From: Pseudobdellovibrionaceae bacterium
GTDB lineage: Bacteria; Bdellovibrionota; Bdellovibrionia; Bdellovibrionales; Bdellovibrionaceae
Length of the DNA: 52,103 nucleotides
Direction: 5' to 3'
NCBI GenBank assembly: GCA_039810425.1
Contig: JBDHWW010000023.1
Span: 1 to 52,103, forward strand
Shown: one piece after another, positions 8,669 to 17,618 of the stretch
Layout of the letters: every line of letters begins with the position of its first letter
Position numbering within the stretch: position 1 is the first letter of the stretch
The notes under the pieces: generated by a model
Databases searched by the model: none
What the model saw: the letters and a program-made list of their open reading frames with translations, nothing else
Told to the model about the DNA's origin: nothing
Made by a program: the position numbers and the translations under genes

Positions 8669-9643
8669 GTGAACAAAAAAATGTTTAGTCACTCACGGAA
8701 GAGTATTCGTAGGTTTCTGGCCCAAATCCAGCAGTCCTCCCAGGACAAGGCTCTGCCTTCAACCTATGAAAACGAAACTGGCACCGTTGCGGATATGCTG
8801 TCTAACCCCTATGAAAGCAGTGTTCAGGAAGTTCTTAAAATGCAAAATTTTGATAGTGAAGTTTCAGATTGTGAAGGCGGAGTGGATCTGTCCTTATTTA
8901 AAGTCCTTGTTGCTGAAGACAACGTCATCAATCAAAAAATCATTGAGAAGATGCTCCAGAAAATGGATGTTCGTTGTAAGATAGTTAATAACGGAGCCGA
9001 AGCTCTCGAGGCGCTTCGCAATGATTACTTCGACATGGTTCTGATGGATTATTATATGCCGCAGATGTCAGGTTTTGAAGTCGCGGCCCTGATCCGGGCA
9101 AGCCAAGAGCGCTTTGCTGCCATTCCGCTGATTGCCTGTTCTGCCGTGATGCTGGATGAGGACATTGTGGCCAGTCGCGAAGCCGGAATGAATGACTATC
9201 TTCTGAAGCCGGTGACCTTTGAGCAGCTGCACGGAAAAATCCGTAAGTGGGCCGAACGCATCTATGCGGCTCTCTCGGTTTTGGATACGACGTCGCTGGA
9301 TAAAATCCGGATTTTCGATGATCGCCACCAGACTTTGCTGCGATCCCTCTATCAAATCTATTCCGAAAACACCCAGGATGAGATCTATCAGTTGCGTGAC
9401 CTTATTCAAGACGGTACGCAAGACCTCATTCGAAAAAAAGCCCACATGTTAAAGTCGAGCGCCGCACAACTCGGAGCTTTCCGCTTTGAGAAGTATTGCA
9501 TTCTGATGGAGCACGAAGAGAATCTTGACGGTGAGCGGGCAAAAAAACTGTTTATCGGCCTCAGCGCCGAGTATGAAAAGTCACGAATGCGTTTCTCCGA
9601 ATACTGTCAAAAGCTTAGTCAAATTTCAAATGTGTTGATGTGA
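8669..9643 (+). CDS. Receiver-Hpt phosphotransfer protein (no kinase core)
   Basis: VLVAEDNVINQ...LMDYYMPQMSG...LKPV followed by Hpt motif AHMLKSSAAQLGA; start may be GTG 8669 or ATG 8681. Confidence 0.88.
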   Translation: MNKKMFSHSRKSIRRFLAQIQQSSQDKALPSTYENETGTVADMLSNPYESSVQEVLKMQNFDSEVSDCEGGVDLSLFKVLVAEDNVINQKIIEKMLQKMDVRCKIVNNGAEALEALRNDYFDMVLMDYYMPQMSGFEVAALIRASQERFAAIPLIACSAVMLDEDIVASREAGMNDYLLKPVTFEQLHGKIRKWAERIYAALSVLDTTSLDKIRIFDDRHQTLLRSLYQIYSENTQDEIYQLRDLIQDGTQDLIRKKAHMLKSSAAQLGAFRFEKYCILMEHEENLDGERAKKLFIGLSAEYEKSRMRFSEYCQKLSQISNVLM

Positions 9644-9805
9644 GACAGCCTAAATAAGTGAAATAACAAGATAAAAATATCTTTACCGGGAAGGCAAAAC
9701 CTACAGTCGATGGCAAGAATTGTCCAAGCTAATCTGGGTAGGTATCGACGAATATAAAACCCCAATGGATTGTGGGCGCAAGGTGAAACAACCGATTGTT
9801 TCAAG

Positions 9806-9837
9806 GGGGGAGGATGATGAGTTCTCCCCCTGTTTTT
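9806..9837 (+). terminator. Probable intrinsic terminator
   Basis: GGGGGAGGA...TTCTCCCCC stem followed by TGTTTTT, between convergent genes. Confidence 0.55.
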
Positions 9838-9839
9838 AG

Positions 9840-10541
9840 TTAAAGCCTTTCAAGTGTTTTTAAAAAGTCTGGTGGCGGCGGGCTGGTGATCGTCAACGTC
9901 TCTCGTGTGTGGGGGTGTTGAAAAACCAGCTGATAGGCATGCAACATCATTCTCGAACTGGATCTTGAACTTTTTGGTGTGTTGTAAAGGTCATCCCCAA
10001 GGATGGGGAGACCCCACTCAGCCAAATGCACGCGGATCTGATGCATGCGGCCAGTCCGCGGTTTGGCCTCAATCAAGAGGCCGTTCTTTTTTACCTCAAG
10101 TTTCCTGAAATCAGTGATCGCCGAAAGTCCTCCGGAGCGCACGCTGTGCATTTTACGGCGCTGGCTTCGGGGGGCCGGTTTTTCCGCGAGGTGGTTCTTC
10201 ACTTGCCAGGAGTCCTTGCACGGGCCGGGCTCGGTGAGTGCCCAATAAATTTTCTCAAACTCATGGCGCTTAAACATGTCACTGATCTGTTGGTTGTATT
10301 TTTGATCCTTACAAAAGAGCAGGACGCCAGAGGTGTCCTTGTCGAGGCGGTGGTGCAGGGCGAGGTAGGTATCTGGATTGCCTTTGCGAAGCTCGGCATG
10401 CAAAAGCCCATATGTGTGTGGGCGCCGTTTGTCGAGGGTGGCTTGCGTGGGAATTCCTGCGGGCTTATCCACGATCACTAAAACCTCGTCCTCGTAGAGG
10501 ATCGGGATTTTAGCGGGCGGGGCAGTTGTCGCTGTTTTCAT
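9840..10541 (-). CDS. RluA-family RNA pseudouridine synthase
   Basis: VDKPAG, HRLDKDTSG (catalytic Asp), TGRMHQIRVH, PILGDDLY, MMLHA motifs. Confidence 0.95.
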   Translation of the reverse strand: MKTATTAPPAKIPILYEDEVLVIVDKPAGIPTQATLDKRRPHTYGLLHAELRKGNPDTYLALHHRLDKDTSGVLLFCKDQKYNQQISDMFKRHEFEKIYWALTEPGPCKDSWQVKNHLAEKPAPRSQRRKMHSVRSGGLSAITDFRKLEVKKNGLLIEAKPRTGRMHQIRVHLAEWGLPILGDDLYNTPKSSRSSSRMMLHAYQLVFQHPHTRETLTITSPPPPDFLKTLERL

Positions 10542-11454
10542 AGATCAGCTGACGCTGACGTTTCAGCTCAAGGTTGGACATTCTGAACTTGCTTGCGTCG
10601 CAGCCACTATCCTGGATTGCTTGGCGGATGGCATCCACCTCGCCGCGAGCCATTTTAAGCTTCCAGATGAGTTTGATCTTAAGCCAGTTTTCCAAGTATT
10701 CGCAGCGATAGGTCTGGTTCGGCGGAATGTATCTTTCAGGAGTGCCGTCACCTTTGCTCATGTTTTCATGACCGCTGGCTGTAATGAGGTGGAACTTATT
10801 CCCCATATAGTTGGCGTATGTGCAGCGGGTTTGGAAGCTCCATTCCCACGCGCCAGAGATGTAAGCATTCTTAAGCGGCACCATGTGGTCGATCTGGATT
10901 TGCTTTGACTCGTGAAGAATGTCGCCGGCATAGGGGTCTGCCCACTGGCCGGTTGCAACCACACAATGATTTGTGTCCTTGAAAGACACCTGCGTTTCAG
11001 AGTCGCGGATCAAAACGCGGGCGCGGGTGTTGTAGCAAGTTTGGTCGTTCGGATCATTGATCCAGCGGCCAAAGTGGAACTTACGCTCGTACTTCATCAC
11101 CGGGTGTGACGCCGTTTGATCATGGTAAGTCCAATGCAGCAAACTCACGGCCATGGCGCGGGCGTATTCCATGATCTGGTGATTCGGCAGAGCCTCCAGC
11201 GGCGACATGCTTCGTGGGTCCGATTGCGGGGATTGCCCCGGAGATTGAACAACGGGTGCGAAAGCCGATTGCGCTTCATCGATGGTGTAAAAGTCGTCGA
11301 CGATGGCAGTGTCGTTAGCGGCGGTGGTATCGATGATGCTGTTGCGTGAAGTGTCTTGTTGAGCGTTTGCAAACGGAGTAGCAAGGCTGAGACCCACGAA
11401 CAACATCAGCGGAAGTGCGGATGTCTTTGACCTGTGTTTCGAACAGAATAACAT
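10510..11454 (-). CDS. Secreted HNH/DUF1524-family nuclease
   Basis: Signal peptide (...LSLATPFANA); CYNTRARVLIRD, GQWADPY, IDHMVPLKNAYISGA, NMSKGD, RCEY...W..IK motifs. Confidence 0.8.
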   Translation of the reverse strand: MLFCSKHRSKTSALPLMLFVGLSLATPFANAQQDTSRNSIIDTTAANDTAIVDDFYTIDEAQSAFAPVVQSPGQSPQSDPRSMSPLEALPNHQIMEYARAMAVSLLHWTYHDQTASHPVMKYERKFHFGRWINDPNDQTCYNTRARVLIRDSETQVSFKDTNHCVVATGQWADPYAGDILHESKQIQIDHMVPLKNAYISGAWEWSFQTRCTYANYMGNKFHLITASGHENMSKGDGTPERYIPPNQTYRCEYLENWLKIKLIWKLKMARGEVDAIRQAIQDSGCDASKFRMSNLELKRQRQLIYENSDNCPAR

Positions 11455-11754
11455 TGAACTCGTCCCCTCTTTATAGAGCTCAAAAAAACTGACTACGCTT
11501 CGGTGGCATTATTAACTTCAATTTCGCGAATAGTTTCAAGAAAAAACCAACGTGGCGCGTGTTAGTAATTCCTTAAAGGGGGAGAATGCTGAATGGCTCA
11601 GCACGCGAGGACAGCAATGGCTGTTTCTACGGTCAGCAACCTACTTCGAAATGAATATTGCGCCGCAGCGCCTAATCTATTTGCTTCAACACCTCCATGG
11701 GTGGAGCCACCGGCGTTTTTCCATCCGTGAGGTGTGCTCGGCTTGCGCGCCTTC

Positions 11755-12807
11755 TTATGGGAGCTTCAGGCGGTCTGCAGCCCAGACTGCGAGTTCACCG
11801 AGTTTGGGGTGATCTTTGAGGGCTTCGACTTCAGGAAGAAGCGCGGTGATTTTGCGATTGGCCGCCACGATCAAAGCATTGCGTTTGAGGCCGAAGCCAC
11901 CCGCCCGGGACAGTGGCGTGCCGAACAGAGCCTTTTCTAAATGCTTGCCCGAACTGGTGAGCAGCCAGCGGAGTTCCTCTTCCAACGTGGCTTTCGCATT
12001 GTCGGTTTTTATTTGCAAGGTCTCAATGCTCAACTGGTTTTTGAACGCCTTTTGATTCCACGGGCATGCCGTCTGGCAAAGATCGCAGCCAAAAAGCCAG
12101 TCGCCGATTTGTGCGCGCAGCTCTGGCGGCGGCAATTCGCGCGACTCGATAGTGAGGTACGAAATGCATTTGCGTGCATCCAGTTTGCGCTCTGCCGTGA
12201 TCGCGCGGGTTGGACAGATGTCCATGCAGCGGGTGCAGGTGCCGCAGAAGTCGTGCATCACCACGGTTTCTGCTTTCAGCGCAAGGCTTGTGTAGATTTC
12301 GCCGATAAAAAACAAGCTGCCTTTTTTGGGGTGAATCACACAGGTGTTTTTGCCGACCCAGCCAAGACCCGCGCGATGCGCGAGATCTCGTTCCAGCACG
12401 GGGCTTGAGTCCGTCATCGGGACGAATTCTTCGTCGGGAAAACAACTTTTCAGTTCCTCGCATAAAGCTTGCAGTTTTCCCTTAAACCACAAGTGGTAGT
12501 CATAGCCTTGGGCGTAGAGGCTCACACGCGCTTCTTTGAGCGGAAATTTTTCAGAAGGCATCGGGTGCGGGAAATAGGGAACCGCAAAGACGAGGGCGGA
12601 ATGGGCTCGCGGCCACTGGGCCTGGGGTCTTTCTTTTACCGGTGCGTGGGTGGCGAGATACTCCATTTTGCCATGCAGGCCTTCACTCAGCCAGTTCTGA
12701 TAGAAGACGAAACTGAGGGGGCGGGTGAGGGCGCTCATTCCAAAGTGCGAAAACCCCAGCTCTTTGGATTTTGTGTCTAAAAAATTTTGGAGTTCTTCAA
12801 GCTTCAT
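11755..12807 (-). CDS. queG: tRNA epoxyqueuosine(34) reductase
   Basis: YAQGYDYH, DSSPVLER, GLGWVGKN, CGTCTRCMDICPT, CISYLTIE, FGCDLCQTACPWN (two 4Fe-4S clusters). Confidence 0.95.
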   Translation of the reverse strand: MKLEELQNFLDTKSKELGFSHFGMSALTRPLSFVFYQNWLSEGLHGKMEYLATHAPVKERPQAQWPRAHSALVFAVPYFPHPMPSEKFPLKEARVSLYAQGYDYHLWFKGKLQALCEELKSCFPDEEFVPMTDSSPVLERDLAHRAGLGWVGKNTCVIHPKKGSLFFIGEIYTSLALKAETVVMHDFCGTCTRCMDICPTRAITAERKLDARKCISYLTIESRELPPPELRAQIGDWLFGCDLCQTACPWNQKAFKNQLSIETLQIKTDNAKATLEEELRWLLTSSGKHLEKALFGTPLSRAGGFGLKRNALIVAANRKITALLPEVEALKDHPKLGELAVWAADRLKLP

Positions 12808-12857
12808 CGTCAAAAGGAGTTCCCATTATCGAAGTTCGCGGGTTATTCTAAAAGCGA

Positions 12858-14066
12858 ATGAATATCCAATCTCACCCGCATTGGCCAGCGCTGGAAAAAA
12901 TTTATCATAAATTGGTCGACAATGGCTATAAGGCCTATTTGGCGGGCGGCTGCGTGCGGGATGCGCTTCTGAAGAGGCAAGCCAATGACTTGGATCTTGC
13001 GACCGATGCCACGCCTGAAACCATTGAAAAGCTGTTTGCTAAGACCGTGGCCGTGGGAAAGGCCTTCGGGGTCATGCTGGTTATTGAGGAGGGGGTCTCG
13101 TTTGAGGTGGCGACCTTCCGTTCGGATGGCAGTTACGCGGATGGCCGCCGTCCTGATTCGGTGGTTTTCACGACGCCGGAAGAAGATGCTCTTCGCCGTG
13201 ATTTTACGGTGAATGCGCTTTTCTATGACCTTAACCAAGGTCGAGTTTTGGATTTCGTCGGCGGTCTCAGGGACTTAGCAGAGAAAAAAATCAAAGCAGT
13301 TGGCAGTCCCGAGGCAAGATTTCGTGAAGATCATCTCCGTTTGCTCCGCGCCGTGCGTTTTGCCGCGCAATTGGATTTTGCCATAGAGGCTGAGACCTTT
13401 ATGGCCGTGAAGCAACTTGCAAGTTCGGTGAAAACCGTCAGCTCTGAGCGCATTCATGAAGAGACCTTTAAGTTATTAAAGTCTGCCAATCCGTTGCGGG
13501 GCTTGCAGCTCTTGCAGGAAAGCGGTTTGGGGAAGGCGCTCTTCCCGGGATGGCAAAACATCTATGTTAAATCTCAGAAAGAATATCAGCTTTTATTTGC
13601 AACCCCATCAAAAGATGAGGCTTTCTTGTGGCTTGCGTTCTTAACTCCATGGGCTTTGCAAAAGGATCTTGAGTGGCAATGGATCATCGACAATTACCGG
13701 TTTTCGCGTACGTTGCAAAAGACTTTGAAGAGAGCTCTTGAGCATGTTGAAAACCCAAAGCATTTCTTTCTCGCTACGCCGGGGGAGCAGCTCGCGCTCT
13801 TAGGCGAGGAGTCCGTGCGGCTCTTCATTCACGCGTGTCAGTTGTTGGGGATTGAGTCCCGTGGTGCTGATTTGATGATGAAGCAGTGGCAGGCCTGGGG
13901 TGAAAAGATGCCCGAGGCTTGGGTGAAGGGGGACGATCTTAAAGGGCATTTTGAAGGACGTGAGCTAGGTATCTGGCTTCACAAACTTTTTGTCATGCAG
14001 TTGGAGGGACGCTTTCGTTCGCGCGAAGAGCTGATGGCTCAGTTTCCGAATTTCTTAAAGACCTGA
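12858..14066 (+). CDS. cca: CCA tRNA nucleotidyltransferase (class II)
   Basis: GGCVRD, DLDLAT, EVATFR with loop DGSYADGRRP, DALRRDFTVNAL, EDHLRLLRAVRF; lacks the PAP GRRF signature. Confidence 0.85.
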   Translation: MNIQSHPHWPALEKIYHKLVDNGYKAYLAGGCVRDALLKRQANDLDLATDATPETIEKLFAKTVAVGKAFGVMLVIEEGVSFEVATFRSDGSYADGRRPDSVVFTTPEEDALRRDFTVNALFYDLNQGRVLDFVGGLRDLAEKKIKAVGSPEARFREDHLRLLRAVRFAAQLDFAIEAETFMAVKQLASSVKTVSSERIHEETFKLLKSANPLRGLQLLQESGLGKALFPGWQNIYVKSQKEYQLLFATPSKDEAFLWLAFLTPWALQKDLEWQWIIDNYRFSRTLQKTLKRALEHVENPKHFFLATPGEQLALLGEESVRLFIHACQLLGIESRGADLMMKQWQAWGEKMPEAWVKGDDLKGHFEGRELGIWLHKLFVMQLEGRFRSREELMAQFPNFLKT

Positions 14067-15418
14067 GTGATCGTCACCAAATCCACAAAAGATTTGCCGT
14101 CCAAAGACTCATCACGGATGGCAGCGACGGCCGCCTTCGGGGTCATTCCGAGTTTGTCGCCGTCCAATGCGGTTAACTCTAAAAGTCGCATTGCCAGGCG
14201 CAGGACCTTTCCCATGGGTTCAATTTTGTCGTTTGAAAGTGCATGAGGGAAGCTGGAGCCATTGGCATTTTCTTGGTGCTGCACAATGCCGGTTGAAACT
14301 TCGTGCGGAAGCGGAACTTTTTTTGATTTAATCAAAATCACCGACCGGTCCGGGTACAGCTTGTACTCGGAGACCTCGGCCGGCGTGAGATCTTTTGCGG
14401 CTTTGCCGATCGCACTTAAAGGCATTTGGGCCAGGCCCACATTGTGCAACAGGCCGGCTAAAGCAGCACTTTCAGTTTGTGCTGTATCCATACCTAAAAG
14501 CGCCGAAAAGCCAGCCGCAAAAACAGCCATGCTTAAAGCATCTTGGTAAGTGCTGCGGGGATGTCCTGTAAATTTATAGATTTCCTTAATATGCTCTTCG
14601 GGTTTTTTTTCTTTGGTGATTTCTAGTTCATTAAGAATCATGCGGCAGCGCTCAAAGATCGCTTTGCCGGATTGGAAGCCAGCGGCTTCCGAATTCAGGA
14701 ATTCAGAGATAATTTCGTGAATGAGCTGTTTTGACTTATATATGCGTTCGGTTTGTGGGATTGGATTTGGCACATCCCGCATGGTCAGAATTGTACGGGC
14801 GTATTCGAAAAAGGGTTTGATCTGTGTCTTCTTTATATAGAGGCGCTGATGAGTGGTGTCGGATTTTTCCAGTAAGCGGTCATCAATTTTACTGCCGCCT
14901 TTGCGGACGCGGAAGCTTTTGCCGTTCGAAGGCAGATGTATGTAGACGTCGAAGTTGATGTCTTCGTCCGTGTTAATGTCGGTCATTTCAATCGGCAAGA
15001 GTGACGAGACCGGGAGGTTCGCCCCGCGCATTTCAACCGGAGCTAGAGTTAGAATCATGTCGGAAACAAACTCGCGGTCATAGTTTGCGTGCATGATGAA
15101 GTTTGCGCCGTTTTTCTTTACCAGTGAAAAATCCAATTGGTCGCCGGGTCCATACAGGACAATCAGGGGGCAGTCGGGATAAGTCATCTTCACGCTCTGA
15201 ACCCACTCGGAAGTCGCTAAGGTGCCGCCTTGGCCGTCGACCAGCGCCAGCAGGGGGCGTAGATTTTCAGAAGGGTTCAAAATACTGTCAGCGTCCTTCA
15301 TGAAATGAAGTTTGTAGGGATAGTAACCCTTTAAAATAGCCTGGACGTCCTGCCAGAAGCTTTCCCGTTGGCTTGTAATAAGGACGTCCACAGTGGATTC
15401 AATCGGTTTTTCGGACAT
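14039..15418 (-). CDS. Degenerate HD-GYP domain protein with N-terminal receiver-like domain
   Basis: AALAGLLHNVG (HD to HN), IVQHQENANGSSFP (HHExxDGxGYP altered); N-terminal alpha/beta segment LALVDG...PLIVL. Confidence 0.75.
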   Translation of the reverse strand: MSEKPIESTVDVLITSQRESFWQDVQAILKGYYPYKLHFMKDADSILNPSENLRPLLALVDGQGGTLATSEWVQSVKMTYPDCPLIVLYGPGDQLDFSLVKKNGANFIMHANYDREFVSDMILTLAPVEMRGANLPVSSLLPIEMTDINTDEDINFDVYIHLPSNGKSFRVRKGGSKIDDRLLEKSDTTHQRLYIKKTQIKPFFEYARTILTMRDVPNPIPQTERIYKSKQLIHEIISEFLNSEAAGFQSGKAIFERCRMILNELEITKEKKPEEHIKEIYKFTGHPRSTYQDALSMAVFAAGFSALLGMDTAQTESAALAGLLHNVGLAQMPLSAIGKAAKDLTPAEVSEYKLYPDRSVILIKSKKVPLPHEVSTGIVQHQENANGSSFPHALSNDKIEPMGKVLRLAMRLLELTALDGDKLGMTPKAAVAAIRDESLDGKSFVDLVTITQVFKKFGN

Positions 15419-15441
15419 GAAAATACTCTTACGTGGGGCAA

Positions 15442-15948
15442 TTACATTTGCACGGTGATCTTGACGTGAAAGACAGAGTTATTCTTTAATTCAAAAGGAA
15501 TTACAAGAGTGGCGCCTTTTGATGACTTAGAAAGAATAAACTCTCCGCGAATCACCGAAGGGATGGCCATTTCGAAGTTGTAGCCCATTTGGTTTAGTGC
15601 CGTCTTTGCGGTTCCATAAATCATATTCGTTAGTTCGCCGACCGCATCGGACACTTCAGAATTGATTTCAGTGTGCTTTTCACCGAGCATGTTTTCCATG
15701 ATCTGGAAAATAGATTCTTTATTGAAGGAAATAAGGAGCGTGCCCCTTAATGGGGGAGCCACCATTCCGACCATTCCGGCGATTTCGCCTTTTTCGGTCA
15801 TTTCCGGCTCAATAAAGGGTTTGCCGACTTTTGCCTCTGTTTGGGCGATTGTCGCCAGGGTCTTTAAGACGCCGTCGACAAACGCTTGAAGGAGTTTTTT
15901 ATCAAAGAGTGGGTTCGCCTCTGGGACGATTTTAGGTGCAGCAGACAT
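15442..15948 (-). CDS. cheX: Chemotaxis phosphatase CheX
   Basis: DAVGELTNMIYG (ExxN motif), IAGMVGM, FEMAIPSVIRG. Confidence 0.92.
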   Translation of the reverse strand: MSAAPKIVPEANPLFDKKLLQAFVDGVLKTLATIAQTEAKVGKPFIEPEMTEKGEIAGMVGMVAPPLRGTLLISFNKESIFQIMENMLGEKHTEINSEVSDAVGELTNMIYGTAKTALNQMGYNFEMAIPSVIRGEFILSKSSKGATLVIPFELKNNSVFHVKITVQM

Positions 15949-15983
15949 GGTATCTATCCTTGCAGTTTAAAAGTTCAAAAATT

Positions 15984-16409
15984 TTAAGAGGCCTTGGCTG
16001 CGGGGGCGGCAGAGTGGCGCTGGTAAACCCTTTCCATTTTTGCTTTCAGAGTCGCTGCATTAAATGGTTTTACGACATAATCAGAGACGCCGGCTTTAGC
16101 CGCTTCCAAGATATGTTTTTGCTCAGATTCCGCAGTGACCAACATGAAAGGCATACTTTTCAGGTTGGGGTCGGCTTTGCAGGCTTTCAACAGATCAATC
16201 CCTGTCATCCCAGGCATATTCCAATCCGAAATTACGAAGCCATAAGGCTGGCCCGAAGTCGTTGCGGATTGAAGCATCGGCAACGCATTTTTGCCGTCGT
16301 CCGCTTCTTCCACGTTTGTGTAGCCTAGTTCGTTCAGGACCTTTTTGATAATTTTACGCATTGTTGCGAAATCATCGACTACTAAAAATTTGGTGTCGTT
16401 AGGAAACAT
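15984..16409 (-). CDS. cheY: CheY-like response regulator
   Basis: FLVVDDFATMRKII, ISDWNMPGMTG, MLVTAE, YVVKPF; ATG 16409 follows GAGGGG. Confidence 0.92.
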   Translation of the reverse strand: MFPNDTKFLVVDDFATMRKIIKKVLNELGYTNVEEADDGKNALPMLQSATTSGQPYGFVISDWNMPGMTGIDLLKACKADPNLKSMPFMLVTAESEQKHILEAAKAGVSDYVVKPFNAATLKAKMERVYQRHSAAPAAKAS

Positions 16410-16448
16410 AATATGCCCTCGCCGGTTAATTCTAGGAAATCTTCTTAC

Positions 16449-16475
16449 TTTTCGGTCTAGTTTTTTAAAACTAGA
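16449..16475 (-). promoter_or_regulatory. Putative sigma-28 (FliA) promoter of cheY-cheX
   Basis: Minus strand TCTA-N15-ACCGAAAA versus consensus TAAA-N15-GCCGATAA. Confidence 0.5.
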
Positions 16476-16645
16476 GTCCAAGTGTCTTGCTAAAAAGATA
16501 TTTTCTTGTCAGACTTGAATCTAGGTGGTGTGGCTCTTTTTGGGACGAACATAGAGGTTTATTTCAAGAGGGGCACAAAGGTCGAAAGACCTAGGGCTAA
16601 ACAAAAAAACAGAAAAAGATAAACAATAACGGGAAGGGAGCAAGG

Positions 16646-17044
16646 ATGCTCAGAGATGTCCTGATTCAAAAAGGTCTTTCTAATCGTGAGGCTGAAGTTG
16701 CTGAATTAGTAAGCAAAGGCTTGTCCAACAAGGAAGTTGCGAACCAGCTTTTTGTCACAGAAAAAACTGTGAAATTTCACCTGACAAATATTTACAAAAA
16801 AATGAACGTGAAGTCACGTGCCCAATTGATCGTTTGGTGCTTGCCTCACCTTGGTTTCGTCGAAAACGAAATTCGTACCGAGACGAATATCAATCAAGGA
16901 GTTGCAGCAGCGGCTTACAATAATCAAGCCACTCAAACAATCCCTGCAGGAAATTCAACTGTGGCGGGTGCTGCTCCGACTTTGCCAGGTGCTCAAAACG
17001 GCATCGGCCGTAATGGCAATGGCGACATCGGCGCTGGTTTCTAA
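16646..17044 (+). CDS. Stand-alone LuxR/GerE-type HTH regulator with low-complexity tail
   Basis: LSNREAEVAELVSKGLSNKEVANQLFVTEKTVKFHLTNIYKKMNVKSRAQL. Confidence 0.93.
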   Translation: MLRDVLIQKGLSNREAEVAELVSKGLSNKEVANQLFVTEKTVKFHLTNIYKKMNVKSRAQLIVWCLPHLGFVENEIRTETNINQGVAAAAYNNQATQTIPAGNSTVAGAAPTLPGAQNGIGRNGNGDIGAGF

Positions 17045-17076
17045 GAATTAGTTTCTGTTAGTGAAGGGTCATTACC

Positions 17077-17556
17077 ATGGGGAAATCTAAATCAGTTTCT
17101 TCTTCCCAAGTGGTAATGACCCAATTAGTTTTACCAACCCATATTAATGCGATGGGTTCTATTTTTGGCGGAACGATCATGTCTTGGATCGACATCGCCG
17201 CAGCGATCGCTGCTCAAAGGCATTCCAATAGAGAAGTTGTCACCGCCAGTATAGATAGTTTGAGTTTTATCGCCCCCGTTTATAAAGGTTGGGTGGTGAA
17301 CTTGAAAGCTTCTGTAAATTTCACAGCGCGCACCTCGATGGAGGTCGGCGTTCGAGTCGACGCTGAAAATCCAAAGACCGGCGAAATCTTTCACACCGCA
17401 TCGGCCTACACGACATTTGTGGCTTTAGGTTCTAACGGTAAGCCTACGGAAGTGCCGGAGTTGTTGTTGGAAAGCGCAGATGAAAAACGCCGCTTTGAGG
17501 CGGGTAAGAAACGCCGCGAGCAACGTCTGGCCCACCGTAAAAACAGTGAAGCCTGA
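17077..17556 (+). CDS. Acyl-CoA thioesterase (HotDog, YciA-like)
   Basis: NAMGSIFGGTIMSWID, VVTASID, RTSMEVGVRV, TFVAL. Confidence 0.92.
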   Translation: MGKSKSVSSSQVVMTQLVLPTHINAMGSIFGGTIMSWIDIAAAIAAQRHSNREVVTASIDSLSFIAPVYKGWVVNLKASVNFTARTSMEVGVRVDAENPKTGEIFHTASAYTTFVALGSNGKPTEVPELLLESADEKRRFEAGKKRREQRLAHRKNSEA

Positions 17557-17618
17557 TTCCTGGCAAGTAAATCAAATAAATGTTGAGTGCCCCTAATATT
17601 CTGGGTTAGCGTTCTGTT

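Noticed and set aside
9699..9749. Apparent pseudoknot or riboswitch (ACCTAC/GTAGGT and GTCGAT/ATCGAC) after GGCAAAAC
   Set aside because: Connecting loops of 1 and 0 nt make both helices unlikely to coexist; no GEMM consensus; it lies between convergent 3' ends
10510..11454. GmrSD-type anti-phage restriction component
   Set aside because: Has a signal peptide and no DUF262 domain or neighbouring defence genes
12858..14066. Poly(A) polymerase I assignment
   Set aside because: Lacks the PAP-specific GRRF signature and has the flexible loop typical of CCA-adding enzymes
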